38,925 bases of DNA from a bacterium (GCA_021824155.1 JAKALN010000004.1:1-38925), one strand, 5' to 3'. Counted from the first letter of the stretch, positions 1-9,182 are shown. Translations and numbers: made by a program. Notes: generated by a model not told the origin, from the letters alone.

Positions 1-2
1 AA

Positions 3-1073
3 GCAGGCTATGTAGAAACCTCAACTCCAATAATGATAAACTCCGAACTTTTTGTTCAATCCGGACATTTTTCAAAGTTCGGAGAAAACAACATGTACAA
101 TCTGGATCTTTCAGATGATGAAAACGATAAACATCCTAAGACTTATTCCCTAAAACCTATGAATTGCCCCGAATCGACAATTATTTATAGATTCAGGCCC
201 AGAACTTACAAAGAGCTTCCTTTAAGAATTGCGGAAATTGGAAGGCTTCACAGAAAAGAGAAAAGCGGGGAAGTAAACGGACTTTTAAGGGTTAGGCAGC
301 TGACAATGGATGATGCGCATTTGTACGTAAGGGAAAGTCAGATTTTTGACGAGGTATCAAATGTTTTGGATATGATGACAGCCTTTTACAAAAACTTCGG
401 TTTTGAGTATGAGTTCCGCTTTGCTACAAGACCCGAAAAGCGGGCAGGAACCGACGAAATGTGGGACAAGGCGGAAAAAGATTTGGAGGAGGTTCTAAAG
501 AAAAAAAAGATTAGAGCAGGCGATAAAAAAGGGGACGGGGCATTTTACGGACCTAAAATTGACCTTCACATAAAAGATGCTTTGGGACGGGAATGGCAGC
601 TCGCAACAGTTCAAGTTGATTTCTGGATGCCTGAAGCTTTCGACCTTAAATACGTAAACGAAAAAGGGAACTTTGAAAAACCCGTAATGATACACAGGGC
701 AATTTTCGGAAGCTTCGAAAGATTTATAGGAATATTAACAGAGCATTTCCAAGGGTCATTTCCGTTATGGCTTTCTCCCGTACAAGTAGCGCTATTGCCA
801 ATCACCGACCAACAAATTCCATACGGAAAAAAATTATTGGAACAATTCACAGGACAAGGTATAAGAACCGAGCTTGACATAAGAGGTGAAAGGCTCCAGG
901 CAAAAATAAGAGACGCCACTTTACAAAAAGTCCCATTTTTGGGTATAATAGGCAAACAGGAAGTAGAAAAGAGTACTATTTCCGTAAGAACCAGGGAAGG
1001 AAAAGATTTAGGACAGCTTAAGATTTCCGAATTCTTAGATAAAGTAAAACAAGAAATTGATAAAAAGATTTAA
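3..1073 (+). CDS. thrS: Threonyl-tRNA synthetase (5'-truncated by window edge)
   Basis: LKPMNCP, HRKEKSGEVNGLLRVR, GAFYGPKID, IHRAIFGSFERF motifs and C-terminal anticodon-binding domain; frame is open from the window start. Confidence 0.98.
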   Translation, partial: AGYVETSTPIMINSELFVQSGHFSKFGENNMYNLDLSDDENDKHPKTYSLKPMNCPESTIIYRFRPRTYKELPLRIAEIGRLHRKEKSGEVNGLLRVRQLTMDDAHLYVRESQIFDEVSNVLDMMTAFYKNFGFEYEFRFATRPEKRAGTDEMWDKAEKDLEEVLKKKKIRAGDKKGDGAFYGPKIDLHIKDALGREWQLATVQVDFWMPEAFDLKYVNEKGNFEKPVMIHRAIFGSFERFIGILTEHFQGSFPLWLSPVQVALLPITDQQIPYGKKLLEQFTGQGIRTELDIRGERLQAKIRDATLQKVPFLGIIGKQEVEKSTISVRTREGKDLGQLKISEFLDKVKQEIDKKI

Positions 1074-1638
1074 GAAAAAACAAGACGACAGAAAATTTTA
1101 CAGGACTAACGAGCGAATTTTTGCTACAACGCTGCGTGTATTAGATACGGGCGGAAAGCAAATAGGGATATTAAGCAAATTTGAAGCATTAGACAAGGCA
1201 AGAAGCGAGGGATTGGACTTGGTAGAAATTGCTCCAATGGCAAAACCTCCGGTTGCAAAGATAATAGACTTCAAAAAGTTCCTTTATCAGGAAGAAAAAA
1301 AGAAAAGGGAAGAAAAGAGAAAGGCTAAAGTATCGGAAACCAAAGAAGTAAGACTCGGGCCTTTTATGAGTGACAATGATTTGGGAGTCATGACTAAAAG
1401 AGCTCGGGATTTTTTAGAAGATGGGGATAAAGTAAGACTGGTAGTAAATTTTTCCGGCAGACAAATAGCCCATCCGGAATTCGGACACAAAGTATTGGAC
1501 AAAGTACTTACAGATTTGGAAGACGTATCAAAAGTAGAAAGAGACAGACACTTGGAGGGTAAAAAATTAATATGTTTAATTTCACCCGAAAGGAAAAATA
1601 AAAATGCCAAAGAAGAAAATAAAGAAATCAGTATCTAA
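1057..1638 (+). CDS. infC: Translation initiation factor IF-3
   Basis: NERI...LRVLD..GKQIG, GLDLVEIAP..KPPVAKIID, KEVRL motifs; thrS-infC-rpmI-rplT synteny; no in-frame ATG near the 5' end (TTG 1057 or ATA 1060). Confidence 0.96.
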   Translation: MIKRFKKKQDDRKFYRTNERIFATTLRVLDTGGKQIGILSKFEALDKARSEGLDLVEIAPMAKPPVAKIIDFKKFLYQEEKKKREEKRKAKVSETKEVRLGPFMSDNDLGVMTKRARDFLEDGDKVRLVVNFSGRQIAHPEFGHKVLDKVLTDLEDVSKVERDRHLEGKKLICLISPERKNKNAKEENKEISI

Positions 1639-1801
1639 AAGATTCAAGGTTACAAAAACCGGTAAGGTTTTGTTTTCGCATCAGTATAAAAGCCACTTAA
1701 AAATGCATAAGTCAAAATCAAGGCTTAGAAGACAGAAAAAAACCGGAATACTTAAAGGCGAATTTGCTAAAAAAATAAAGAAAATGCTTGGAGAAGCATA
1801 A
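1604..1801 (+). CDS. rpmI: 50S ribosomal protein L35
   Basis: MPK.K..KS..KRFKVTKTGK, 65 aa, synteny. Confidence 0.96.
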   Translation: MPKKKIKKSVSKRFKVTKTGKVLFSHQYKSHLKMHKSKSRLRRQKKTGILKGEFAKKIKKMLGEA

Positions 1802-1802
1802 A

Positions 1803-1884
1803 CGAAATCCTAAGCACTAAACTCTAAATCCTAGAATATTTAGAAATTAGTATTTTAAATTTAGGATTTGCGACTAAAAGGAGA
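1803..1884. repeat. 7-nt-periodic imperfect inverted-repeat element ending in an SD-bearing tail
   Basis: Left arm aaatcct aagcact aaactct aaatcct; right arm ttagaaa ttagtat tttaaat ttaggat; tail ttaggatttgcgactaaaaggaga matches 28071-28094 at 23/24. Confidence 0.85.
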
Positions 1885-1887
1885 ATT

Positions 1888-2232
1888 ATGGCAAGAGTTA
1901 AACGAGGAGTAATATCCAAAAGCAAACATAAAAAACTTTTATCCCGAACAAAAGGGTTTAGGGGTACAAAATCAAAACTGATAAAAGTAGCAAAAGAAGC
2001 AGCGCTGCATGCCGATGCTTACTCTTTTCATGGAAGAAAACTAAGAAAAAGGGACATCAGGGGACTATGGATAATTAGGATTGGCGAGGCGTCAAAAAAA
2101 GAAGGCGTCTCTTACAGCAGGTTTATGAGCGGACTGAAAAAATCCAAAATAGAATTAGACAGAAAAATACTCGCAGATTTAGTAGTTAACGACCCTCAAA
2201 CCTTTCAGAAAATCGTAAAGACCGCAAAATAA
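1888..2232 (+). CDS. rplT: 50S ribosomal protein L20
   Basis: MARVKRG, KGFRG, RK.RKRD.R.LWI.RI, IELDRKILADL; SD AAGGAG upstream. Confidence 0.98.
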   Translation: MARVKRGVISKSKHKKLLSRTKGFRGTKSKLIKVAKEAALHADAYSFHGRKLRKRDIRGLWIIRIGEASKKEGVSYSRFMSGLKKSKIELDRKILADLVVNDPQTFQKIVKTAK

Positions 2233-2295
2233 CAATCCTCTTTTTATATTCATTGAATAGTGAAAAAAGCCTCGGGTTATGGTATTCTAAGACAT

Positions 2296-3354
2296 ATGGA
2301 AGAAGAACTAATAAGTATTAAAAATGCCGCTCTTTCTTTTATTTTAGAAGCCGAAGATTTAAAGTCACTGGAAGAAACCAAACTCCAATTCTTGGGTAAA
2401 AGCGGAAAATTAACTCAAACAATAAAAGATATAACAAAAATTCCTCCCGAAAAAAGAAAAGAATTCGGAATGCTGGCAAACGAAGTAAAACAGACTATAG
2501 AAGACGCAATTGCACAAAGACAGGAAAACTTAAAACAGAAATCTGAAAAAATCCTAAGACAAAAAATAGATGTTACAAACCCGGGAATTAAACCGCCCCT
2601 GGGCCACGAACATCTGGTAACGCAGGCTATTGAAGAAATCAGCGGTATTTTTGAAAAAATAGGTTTTACCAGGTTAAGGTACCCGGAAGTTGAATGGGAC
2701 TGGTATGCTTTTGAAGCCTTAAACTTTCCCCAAAACCATCCGGCAAGAGACGACTGGGAAACTTTTTTTATAAAAGCCGAAAAAGATGCAAAAAAAGGCC
2801 CAATGGTTTTAACCCCCCATACATCGTCGGGGCAGATAAGGGAAATTGAAAAGAATCTTGCAAAGGAAAATAAAGATAAAAACTTATCTATTAGAATGCT
2901 TAATGTTGCCAAATGCTACAGGAGACAATCCGACGTTTCCCATACCCCAATGTTTCATCAGTTTGAGACACTGGTAATCGATAAAGATATTTCAATTTCG
3001 CATTTAAAAGGGGTTTTGGATTACTTTGCAAAATCATATTTCGGTAAAAACAGAAAAACAAGGATAAGGCCTTACCATTTCCAGTTTACCGAACCGTCTT
3101 TTGAAGTTGACGTTACATGCGGAGTGTGCTTAGGCCGCGGCTGCAGACTCTGTAAGGAAGGATGGCTTGAAATGGGAGGAGCGGGAATGGTCCATCCTAA
3201 TGTTTTAAGAACGGGCGGGATAGACCCGGAAAAATATACCGGCTTTGCTTCCGGTTGGGGAGTGGAAAGAGTCCTTATGATGAGGGAAGGATTGGAGATA
3301 GACGACTTAAGGCTTTTGTATTCCAATAACCTTGATTTTTTAGAACAGTTCTGA
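2296..3354 (+). CDS. pheS: Phenylalanyl-tRNA synthetase alpha subunit (start moved to ATG 2296)
   Basis: FEALNFP..HPARD, HTSSGQIR, HTPMFHQFE, FQFTEPSFEVD, GC..CK..GWLE.GGAGMVHPNVL; extended -10 TGgTATTCT lies 7 nt before ATG 2296. Confidence 0.98.
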   Translation: MEEELISIKNAALSFILEAEDLKSLEETKLQFLGKSGKLTQTIKDITKIPPEKRKEFGMLANEVKQTIEDAIAQRQENLKQKSEKILRQKIDVTNPGIKPPLGHEHLVTQAIEEISGIFEKIGFTRLRYPEVEWDWYAFEALNFPQNHPARDDWETFFIKAEKDAKKGPMVLTPHTSSGQIREIEKNLAKENKDKNLSIRMLNVAKCYRRQSDVSHTPMFHQFETLVIDKDISISHLKGVLDYFAKSYFGKNRKTRIRPYHFQFTEPSFEVDVTCGVCLGRGCRLCKEGWLEMGGAGMVHPNVLRTGGIDPEKYTGFASGWGVERVLMMREGLEIDDLRLLYSNNLDFLEQF

Positions 3355-3360
3355 ACGGAT

Positions 3361-3395
3361 GACTTATGATTTACGATATAAGATTTATGAATAAC
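3361..3395. repeat. Degenerate heptamer tandem array (GATTTAT-type)
   Basis: gacttat gatttac gatataa gatttat gaataac. Confidence 0.75.
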
Positions 3396-3405
3396 GTTCT
3401 TTATC

Positions 3406-3489
3406 AAAATTCGAAGAATTTTGAAGAGGAGAAGCCGGCAAAAAGCCAAACTCCGAACGAAGAGAGGAGGAAGGCGCGAAGCCGAGCTT
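3406..3489. repeat. Cluster of cGAAg mini-hairpins (REP-like palindromic insert) between pheS and pheT
   Basis: aaaattc-GAA-gaatttt (3406-3422), ctcc-ga-ac-GAA-ga-ga-ggag (3451-3469), gc-GAA-gc (3476-3482); outer stem aagccggc/gccgagctt. Confidence 0.65.
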
Positions 3490-3495
3490 AGACGA

Positions 3496-5445
3496 ATGAA
3501 TATAAAAATAATTGACAGCTGGCTAAGAGATTATCTTAAAACAAATGCAACCGTGCAGAAGATAGAGCAAATTCTGTCCGAGACTAGCGTCTCGGTGGAA
3601 AGACTGGAAAAAATTAAAGACGATTATATATATGACATAGAAGTAACTACCAACAGGCCTGATTTGATGTCTGTAATAGGAATTGCAAGGGAAGCATCTA
3701 CCGTTTTAAAACATAATGGAATAGACGCAGAATTTATACCTTTAAAATTACAGGAACCGCAAGTCCCGAAAACAAACCTGATAGAAATACACAATGACCC
3801 AAAACTTGTCAACAGAATTTGTGCGGTTGTAATGGAAGTCAAAGCAAAAAACTCCCCGGAATATCTTAAAACACGTTTGGAAAATTCGGATATAAGAAGC
3901 CTTAATAATTTAATCGATATAACAAATTACGTAATGCGCACAACCGGGCACCCTGCCCATGTTTTTGATTTTGACAGGCTTAATACGAAAAGTCTGACAA
4001 TAAGAGAAGGGAAAGCAGGAGAAAAAATAAAAACGCTGGATAATAAAGAACATACCCTTTTAGGGGGAGAAATAGTCGCAGTAAACGATAAAAACAATAT
4101 CGTTGACCTTTTGGGAATAATGGGACTGGAAAACAGTGTCGTAACCGAAAACACCAAACGCATTCTTTTTTTCATAGACAACAACGAAAAAACACACATA
4201 AGAAAGGCTTCTATGTCCTTAGGCATAAGAACGGAAGCGGCTGTGTTAAACGAAAAAGGGCCCGACAGCGAACTGGCATATAAAGCGCTCTTATACGGAA
4301 TAAAATTGTACGGACAATTAGCCGAAGGGAAAATATTGTCCGGTATTATTGACATATATCCCAATAAACCAAGCGAAAAAACAATTACGGTACTGCAAAA
4401 TAAAATAAACAAAATAATAGGCGTGGAAATTCCGATAAAGACATCTTCGGATATACTTAAAGGCTTAGGTTTTGAAAATACAATAGACGGCAATTACCTT
4501 AAAATAAAAATACCTTCGTTTAGAAGAGAAGATGTTGAAATAGGGGAAGATATAGTAGAAGAAATCGCAAGAATTTACGGTTATGGAAACATTCCAAGCT
4601 TAATACCTCCTCTTTCTTCAAACCAAACGACCCAACCTTTTATAAATGAATTTTACTGGGAAAAACGGACGAAGGATGCCTTAAAGTACTGGGGGTTTAC
4701 AGAAATGTATACATACTCCATGGTGTCGGAAGACCTGCTTGAAGGCCCGGAAAACGAGTCGGTCGAAATCCAAAATCCGCTTTCCGAAGAATTTGTATAT
4801 ATGAGACTAACTCTTGTACCTAGTCTTCTAAAAGTGGTGTCCGAAAATAAAAAAAGGCAGGAAATAAAAATTTTCGAGCTGTCAAAAGTGTATTTTAAAA
4901 AAGAAAATGACCTGCCAAAAGAAAATTTAATGCTTGCGGGAATAATAAAAAAGCCCAATGCGTCTTTTTATGAAGCAAAGGGAATCATAGAACAATTATT
5001 AGCGGACTTAGGCATAAAAGACTTACACTTTAAGGAATCCCAAAAAGGGGGGTTGGGTGCATCCATATACCTGGATAAAGAATATCTTGGCGAGATAGAG
5101 GTATTAAATACAGACCTGGTTGATTTTGAAATAAGCTTTGAAACAATACTAAAACATGCAAGCCTAAAAAAAGAATATAAGAAATTAACTAAATATCCTC
5201 CTGTTATCGAAGATATATCTGTCATAACAGAAGAAGGAATTAAAACCGAAGACATAATCCGGGACATAAAAAACCAAAGCCCGCTTATTACCGATGTTTT
5301 TCTATTTGACAGATTCCAGAATTCAAGGTCTTTCCGCATTACATACCAAGACCCGGAAAAAAATCTAACAACGGAAGAAATCTCGTCGGTAAGGAAAAAA
5401 ATAATTTCCTCGTTGGAAAATAAATTCAAAGCCACAATAAAATAA
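3496..5445 (+). CDS. pheT: Phenylalanyl-tRNA synthetase beta subunit, lacking the B2 OB-fold insertion (start moved to ATG 3496)
   Basis: MNIKI..SWLRDY N-terminus, DIEVTTNRPDLMSVIGIARE, NNLIDITNYVM..G.P.H.FD, R.DV..EDIVEEIARIYGY, C-terminal FDX-ACB domain. Confidence 0.96.
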   Translation: MNIKIIDSWLRDYLKTNATVQKIEQILSETSVSVERLEKIKDDYIYDIEVTTNRPDLMSVIGIAREASTVLKHNGIDAEFIPLKLQEPQVPKTNLIEIHNDPKLVNRICAVVMEVKAKNSPEYLKTRLENSDIRSLNNLIDITNYVMRTTGHPAHVFDFDRLNTKSLTIREGKAGEKIKTLDNKEHTLLGGEIVAVNDKNNIVDLLGIMGLENSVVTENTKRILFFIDNNEKTHIRKASMSLGIRTEAAVLNEKGPDSELAYKALLYGIKLYGQLAEGKILSGIIDIYPNKPSEKTITVLQNKINKIIGVEIPIKTSSDILKGLGFENTIDGNYLKIKIPSFRREDVEIGEDIVEEIARIYGYGNIPSLIPPLSSNQTTQPFINEFYWEKRTKDALKYWGFTEMYTYSMVSEDLLEGPENESVEIQNPLSEEFVYMRLTLVPSLLKVVSENKKRQEIKIFELSKVYFKKENDLPKENLMLAGIIKKPNASFYEAKGIIEQLLADLGIKDLHFKESQKGGLGASIYLDKEYLGEIEVLNTDLVDFEISFETILKHASLKKEYKKLTKYPPVIEDISVITEEGIKTEDIIRDIKNQSPLITDVFLFDRFQNSRSFRITYQDPEKNLTTEEISSVRKKIISSLENKFKATIK

Positions 5446-5447
5446 CC

Positions 5448-7817
5448 CTACGGAGTAGGAATAACAGAAGGAAGAGGACTTAAGGTCGCGCTTGGTGTTT
5501 GCGTAGGCGCCGGAGTTGGCGTTGGGTTATTGTTTGAACCGCCGGAATACTGGTAATCGGAAGTATCTGTTGGCGGATAATATTCGGGATGGTCCGCCGC
5601 ATAAGTTTGTTTTATCCATGCATTTATACCGTCCTGCCACCTATTTTTGCCGTCTGTTGAAATAGGGTCGTTCATTTTAAATACAATGAAATCCTTAGTA
5701 TCATAATCTCCCGCATTTATTTCTGCCTGATTTGCAAGTTTTCCGCCCTGATGTTTGGATATCTTAAGTTTTTGGTAAATTGCCGAAGGTCCCGTAGGCT
5801 GAGTGCCCTGTATAAAATACTCACTTCTGGTAGGCTGTCCGGGTACCGGAAGACCTCCTCCAAATGCGTCTATCTGCATTGCCAAGACATCGTCCGGTTT
5901 TTGCGGCGGCTCGTCCGGTTTTCCCTTTAAAACCGAACTCATTATTTTATTCCATATAGGAGCGGCACCGGTTATACCGGATGAAACTTTGCTCATAGGA
6001 GAATTGTCGTTATTTCCAACCCATACGCCTACTACATACGAAGGAGTGTAACCCATTGTCCAGTTATCCCTTATATCATTTGTTGTTCCGGTTTTTACGG
6101 AAACACTGGGGTGCCCGGCAACAACAAGCTGTGAATAAGGCCCGAATTCCATTGTCCTTGCGTTGTTATCCAAAAGGATATGGGAAATTATAAAAGATAT
6201 TTCCTGGGACAATTCCCTCTGGGGCGAAGGGGGATTATATTTATACAAAACTTTCCCATGGGAATCGTCAACTTCGGAAATTGAATACAAAGGCTGTTTA
6301 AGCCCTCCATTTGCAAAAACGCTGTATGCCTGCATTTCGTCTATAAGCCTTACGTCCCTTCCTCCCAAAACAAGAGAGTATCCGACGTCATTCATATTTG
6401 CGTCGGTCGGCTGCCAATTTGAAATCCCCATGTCATATGCTTTTTGCATTACGTTTTTTATTCCTACCATAGCCAGCATTTCAACTGCCGGTACATTTAT
6501 TGAATTTGCCAAAGCAAACCTAACTTGTATTGGCCCCCTGTATTTTCCGTCATAGTTAACCGGTATATAATCTTTTTCGCTGTCTGTTGCTTTAAAATTT
6601 ATGGGCACATCCATTAACAAAGTCGAGGCAGTATATCCTCTTGAAAGCCCGACCGCGTATGTAATCGGCTTTAGGGAAGAACCGGGCTGCCTGGACGCTA
6701 AGGCAGCATTAAAATTACCGTCGTTTTTTGTGTCAAAATAGTCTTTGCTTCCGACCATTGCCAAAATTTCTCCTGTTTTAGGATTAGATACCATAGCAGC
6801 TCCATTTCCCACCTTCAGGGTCTTATCTTTATCTATCTCTGTTTTTACAATATCCTCGGCATTTTTTTCGATGTTGTAATCAAGAGTTGTTTTAACCTGA
6901 AGGCCCCCTCTTTCAACCATCTGTTCTCCAAATTGGTCAACAAGCTGCTGTTTAATATAAAAGACAAAATGGGGTGCCTTTATCCCTGCCGTATTTTGTG
7001 TAAACTGCATAAATTTAATTTCTTTAATAGCCGCGTCCGCCTGGGCCTGGGTTATATGATTGTCCCTGACCATAGCATCCAAAACTTCCTGTGAGCGCTC
7101 TATATAATATTTGTTGCCGCTAAAAGGCGAGTAGGCAGTAGGGCTTTGAGGCAATCCGGCGAGTAAAGCACTCTGGGCCAGATCCAAATCCTTAACATTT
7201 TTATTAAAAAAGGTTTCCGAAGCCGCTTCTACCCCGACGGCAGAACCCCCATAAGGCACGTCGTTTAGGTACATTTCCAGTATCTGGTCTTTTGAGTATT
7301 TTTTATCTACCTGTATTGAAAGCATCAATTCCTTTATTTTTCTGGGTATCGTCTGCTGGGAAGTCAAAAGAACATTTTTTACAAGCTGCTGGGTAAGAGT
7401 AGAACCCCCTGAGAGCTGGCGGTATAAAATTAGGTTTCTGACTGCCCTTAAATACCCTGTTATGGAAAAACCCTGGTTATTGTAAAAATTCCTATCCTCT
7501 ATAGATACTGTTGCCTGCTGCAGGTATTTGGGGATATTATTCAGGTTTTCGTAGATTCTATTCTGGTCCTGATAAACAGAGTAAAGTAAAACCCCGTTTC
7601 TGTCATAAATTCTTGTTGAATCCGACTGCTGAGCCTCTACAAGTTTTCCCGGAGCGGGTAAATCCCTGCCGTACCATATAAACAAAACAGTCATCAGGAT
7701 TATAAGACCAATCAGTCCGAAAAACCCGTATTTGGTAATTTTACTTATAAGAACCATCCTGGAGGCATTTAAGGAGTATCTTTGACGTCTGCTTCTTCTG
7801 TGTCCGTAATCCAGCAT
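5448..7817 (-). CDS. Class A bifunctional penicillin-binding protein (PBP1A family), Pro/Thr-rich tail (start probably ATG 7817)
   Basis: N-terminal TM; transglycosylase EDRNF, GGSTLTQQLVKN, RKIKE; transpeptidase SSLK, SIN, KTGT; TGaTATACT lies 7 nt before ATG 7817. Confidence 0.95.
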   Translation of the reverse strand: MLDYGHRRSRRQRYSLNASRMVLISKITKYGFFGLIGLIILMTVLFIWYGRDLPAPGKLVEAQQSDSTRIYDRNGVLLYSVYQDQNRIYENLNNIPKYLQQATVSIEDRNFYNNQGFSITGYLRAVRNLILYRQLSGGSTLTQQLVKNVLLTSQQTIPRKIKELMLSIQVDKKYSKDQILEMYLNDVPYGGSAVGVEAASETFFNKNVKDLDLAQSALLAGLPQSPTAYSPFSGNKYYIERSQEVLDAMVRDNHITQAQADAAIKEIKFMQFTQNTAGIKAPHFVFYIKQQLVDQFGEQMVERGGLQVKTTLDYNIEKNAEDIVKTEIDKDKTLKVGNGAAMVSNPKTGEILAMVGSKDYFDTKNDGNFNAALASRQPGSSLKPITYAVGLSRGYTASTLLMDVPINFKATDSEKDYIPVNYDGKYRGPIQVRFALANSINVPAVEMLAMVGIKNVMQKAYDMGISNWQPTDANMNDVGYSLVLGGRDVRLIDEMQAYSVFANGGLKQPLYSISEVDDSHGKVLYKYNPPSPQRELSQEISFIISHILLDNNARTMEFGPYSQLVVAGHPSVSVKTGTTNDIRDNWTMGYTPSYVVGVWVGNNDNSPMSKVSSGITGAAPIWNKIMSSVLKGKPDEPPQKPDDVLAMQIDAFGGGLPVPGQPTRSEYFIQGTQPTGPSAIYQKLKISKHQGGKLANQAEINAGDYDTKDFIVFKMNDPISTDGKNRWQDGINAWIKQTYAADHPEYYPPTDTSDYQYSGGSNNNPTPTPAPTQTPSATLSPLPSVIPTP

Positions 7818-7824
7818 AACCATT

Positions 7825-7887
7825 AGTATATCAAATTTACGCCTATTCACAAACATATAGCCTTGCCGCAGGCAGGTGTGCTATACT
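7825..7887. promoter_or_regulatory. Divergent extended -10 promoters (PBP minus, tyrS plus) with a small palindrome between them
   Basis: TATACT on minus at 7825-7830, TGcTATACT on plus at 7879-7887; tgcc-GCA-ggca hairpin at 7864-7874. Confidence 0.7.
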
Positions 7888-7894
7888 CGCCTTA

Positions 7895-9064
7895 ATGGAC
7901 AAGATTGATGAAATTCTGACCCGGGCAACAGCAAATATCATTCCCGGCAAATCCGAACTGGAAAAACTTCTTAACTCGGGAAAAAAATTAAATGTTTACT
8001 TAGGCATTGACCCGACTTCAACAAAAATACATTTGGGGCATACAGTCGGCCTTAGAAAACTACAGCAATTCGCGGCTCTTGGCCATAACGTTACTTTTGT
8101 AATAGGGGATTTTACCGCACTAATAGGGGATACCTCCGATAAAGATTCGGAAAGGCCAAGCCTCAGCAAGGAAGAAATTGAGGAAAATTTTAAAACATAT
8201 AAAAAACAGGCGGAAAAAGTACTGGATTTTTCAAAAGTAAAAATCAGATACAACAGTGAATGGCTTAAAAAACTTTCTTTTGAAGATATCGTTAAGCTTA
8301 CACAGCATTTTTCGGCAGGGGATTTTACCAGCAGGGAACTGGTTAGGAAAAGGCTGAATGAAGGAAAAAAAGTAGGATTACACGAGTTTTTATATCCCGT
8401 AATGCAGGGATATGACAGTTATTTTATGGATACCGATATCCAAGTAGGCGGAACAGACCAAACCTTTAATATGCAGGCCGGGAGGACTCTCCAAAATGAT
8501 TTAAGGCATAAAGAGTCGTTTGTACTGACAACACCCATCCTGGAGGGCCCTGACGGCCGTAAAATGAGTAAATCCTGGGGAAACGCTATATGGCTTGAAG
8601 ACAAACCAAACGACATCTACGCAAAGGTAATGGCCGTAGAAGACAATTTAATAATCACTTATTTTACGCTCGTTACAAATGTTTTGTCATCAGGCATAAA
8701 GGAATACGAAGAAAGGCTAAAAACCGAAAATCCCATTAATATAAAAAAAGAATTAGCCTTTGAAATAGTAAAAGAACTTCACGGACAAAAAGAGGCAGAA
8801 GAGGCCCAGAAAGAATTTGAGAGCAGAGTTCAAAATAAAGAAATGCCTGAAGAGAAAGAAAAGGTTGAGTTCGATAGGATTTTTACAACAGAAGAAGCAT
8901 TAGTAAAAGCAGGCTTAGTTAAAAGCAAATCGGAGGTAAAAAGACTTATCGAGCAAGGAGGAATTACTCTTAACAATAAGACAGTTAGCGATCCAGGTTC
9001 AAAAATTGAAAACGGAACGCTAAAAATAGGGAAAAGAAGATATATCGAAATTGTGATAAAATAA
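7895..9064 (+). CDS. tyrS: Tyrosyl-tRNA synthetase
   Basis: GIDPT..IHLGH, YPVMQGYD, GGTDQTFN, KMSKS, C-terminal S4-like domain. Confidence 0.98.
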   Translation: MDKIDEILTRATANIIPGKSELEKLLNSGKKLNVYLGIDPTSTKIHLGHTVGLRKLQQFAALGHNVTFVIGDFTALIGDTSDKDSERPSLSKEEIEENFKTYKKQAEKVLDFSKVKIRYNSEWLKKLSFEDIVKLTQHFSAGDFTSRELVRKRLNEGKKVGLHEFLYPVMQGYDSYFMDTDIQVGGTDQTFNMQAGRTLQNDLRHKESFVLTTPILEGPDGRKMSKSWGNAIWLEDKPNDIYAKVMAVEDNLIITYFTLVTNVLSSGIKEYEERLKTENPINIKKELAFEIVKELHGQKEAEEAQKEFESRVQNKEMPEEKEKVEFDRIFTTEEALVKAGLVKSKSEVKRLIEQGGITLNNKTVSDPGSKIENGTLKIGKRRYIEIVIK

Positions 9065-9068
9065 GTTT

Positions 9069-9176
9069 ATGGAAACGTTTAGAAAACATCAATGGATTTG
9101 GAAAGTAGTCGTAGCAGTGGCGTCAATAGCCTTAGTAGCATCTTCCGTATTAGCCTTCCTTCCCGCACCGCGATAA
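9069..9176 (+). CDS. Small 35-aa single-pass membrane protein (not in the ORF track)
   Basis: METFRKHQWIWKVVVAVASIALVASSVLAFLPAPR fills the tyrS-recG gap almost exactly; basic N-terminus plus hydrophobic helix. Confidence 0.7.
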   Translation: METFRKHQWIWKVVVAVASIALVASSVLAFLPAPR

Positions 9177-9182
9177 AATTAT

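Noticed and set aside
3421-3495. Arg-rich N-terminal extension of PheT from TTG 3421
   Set aside because: It is the translated palindromic insert; PheT homology begins at ATG 3496.
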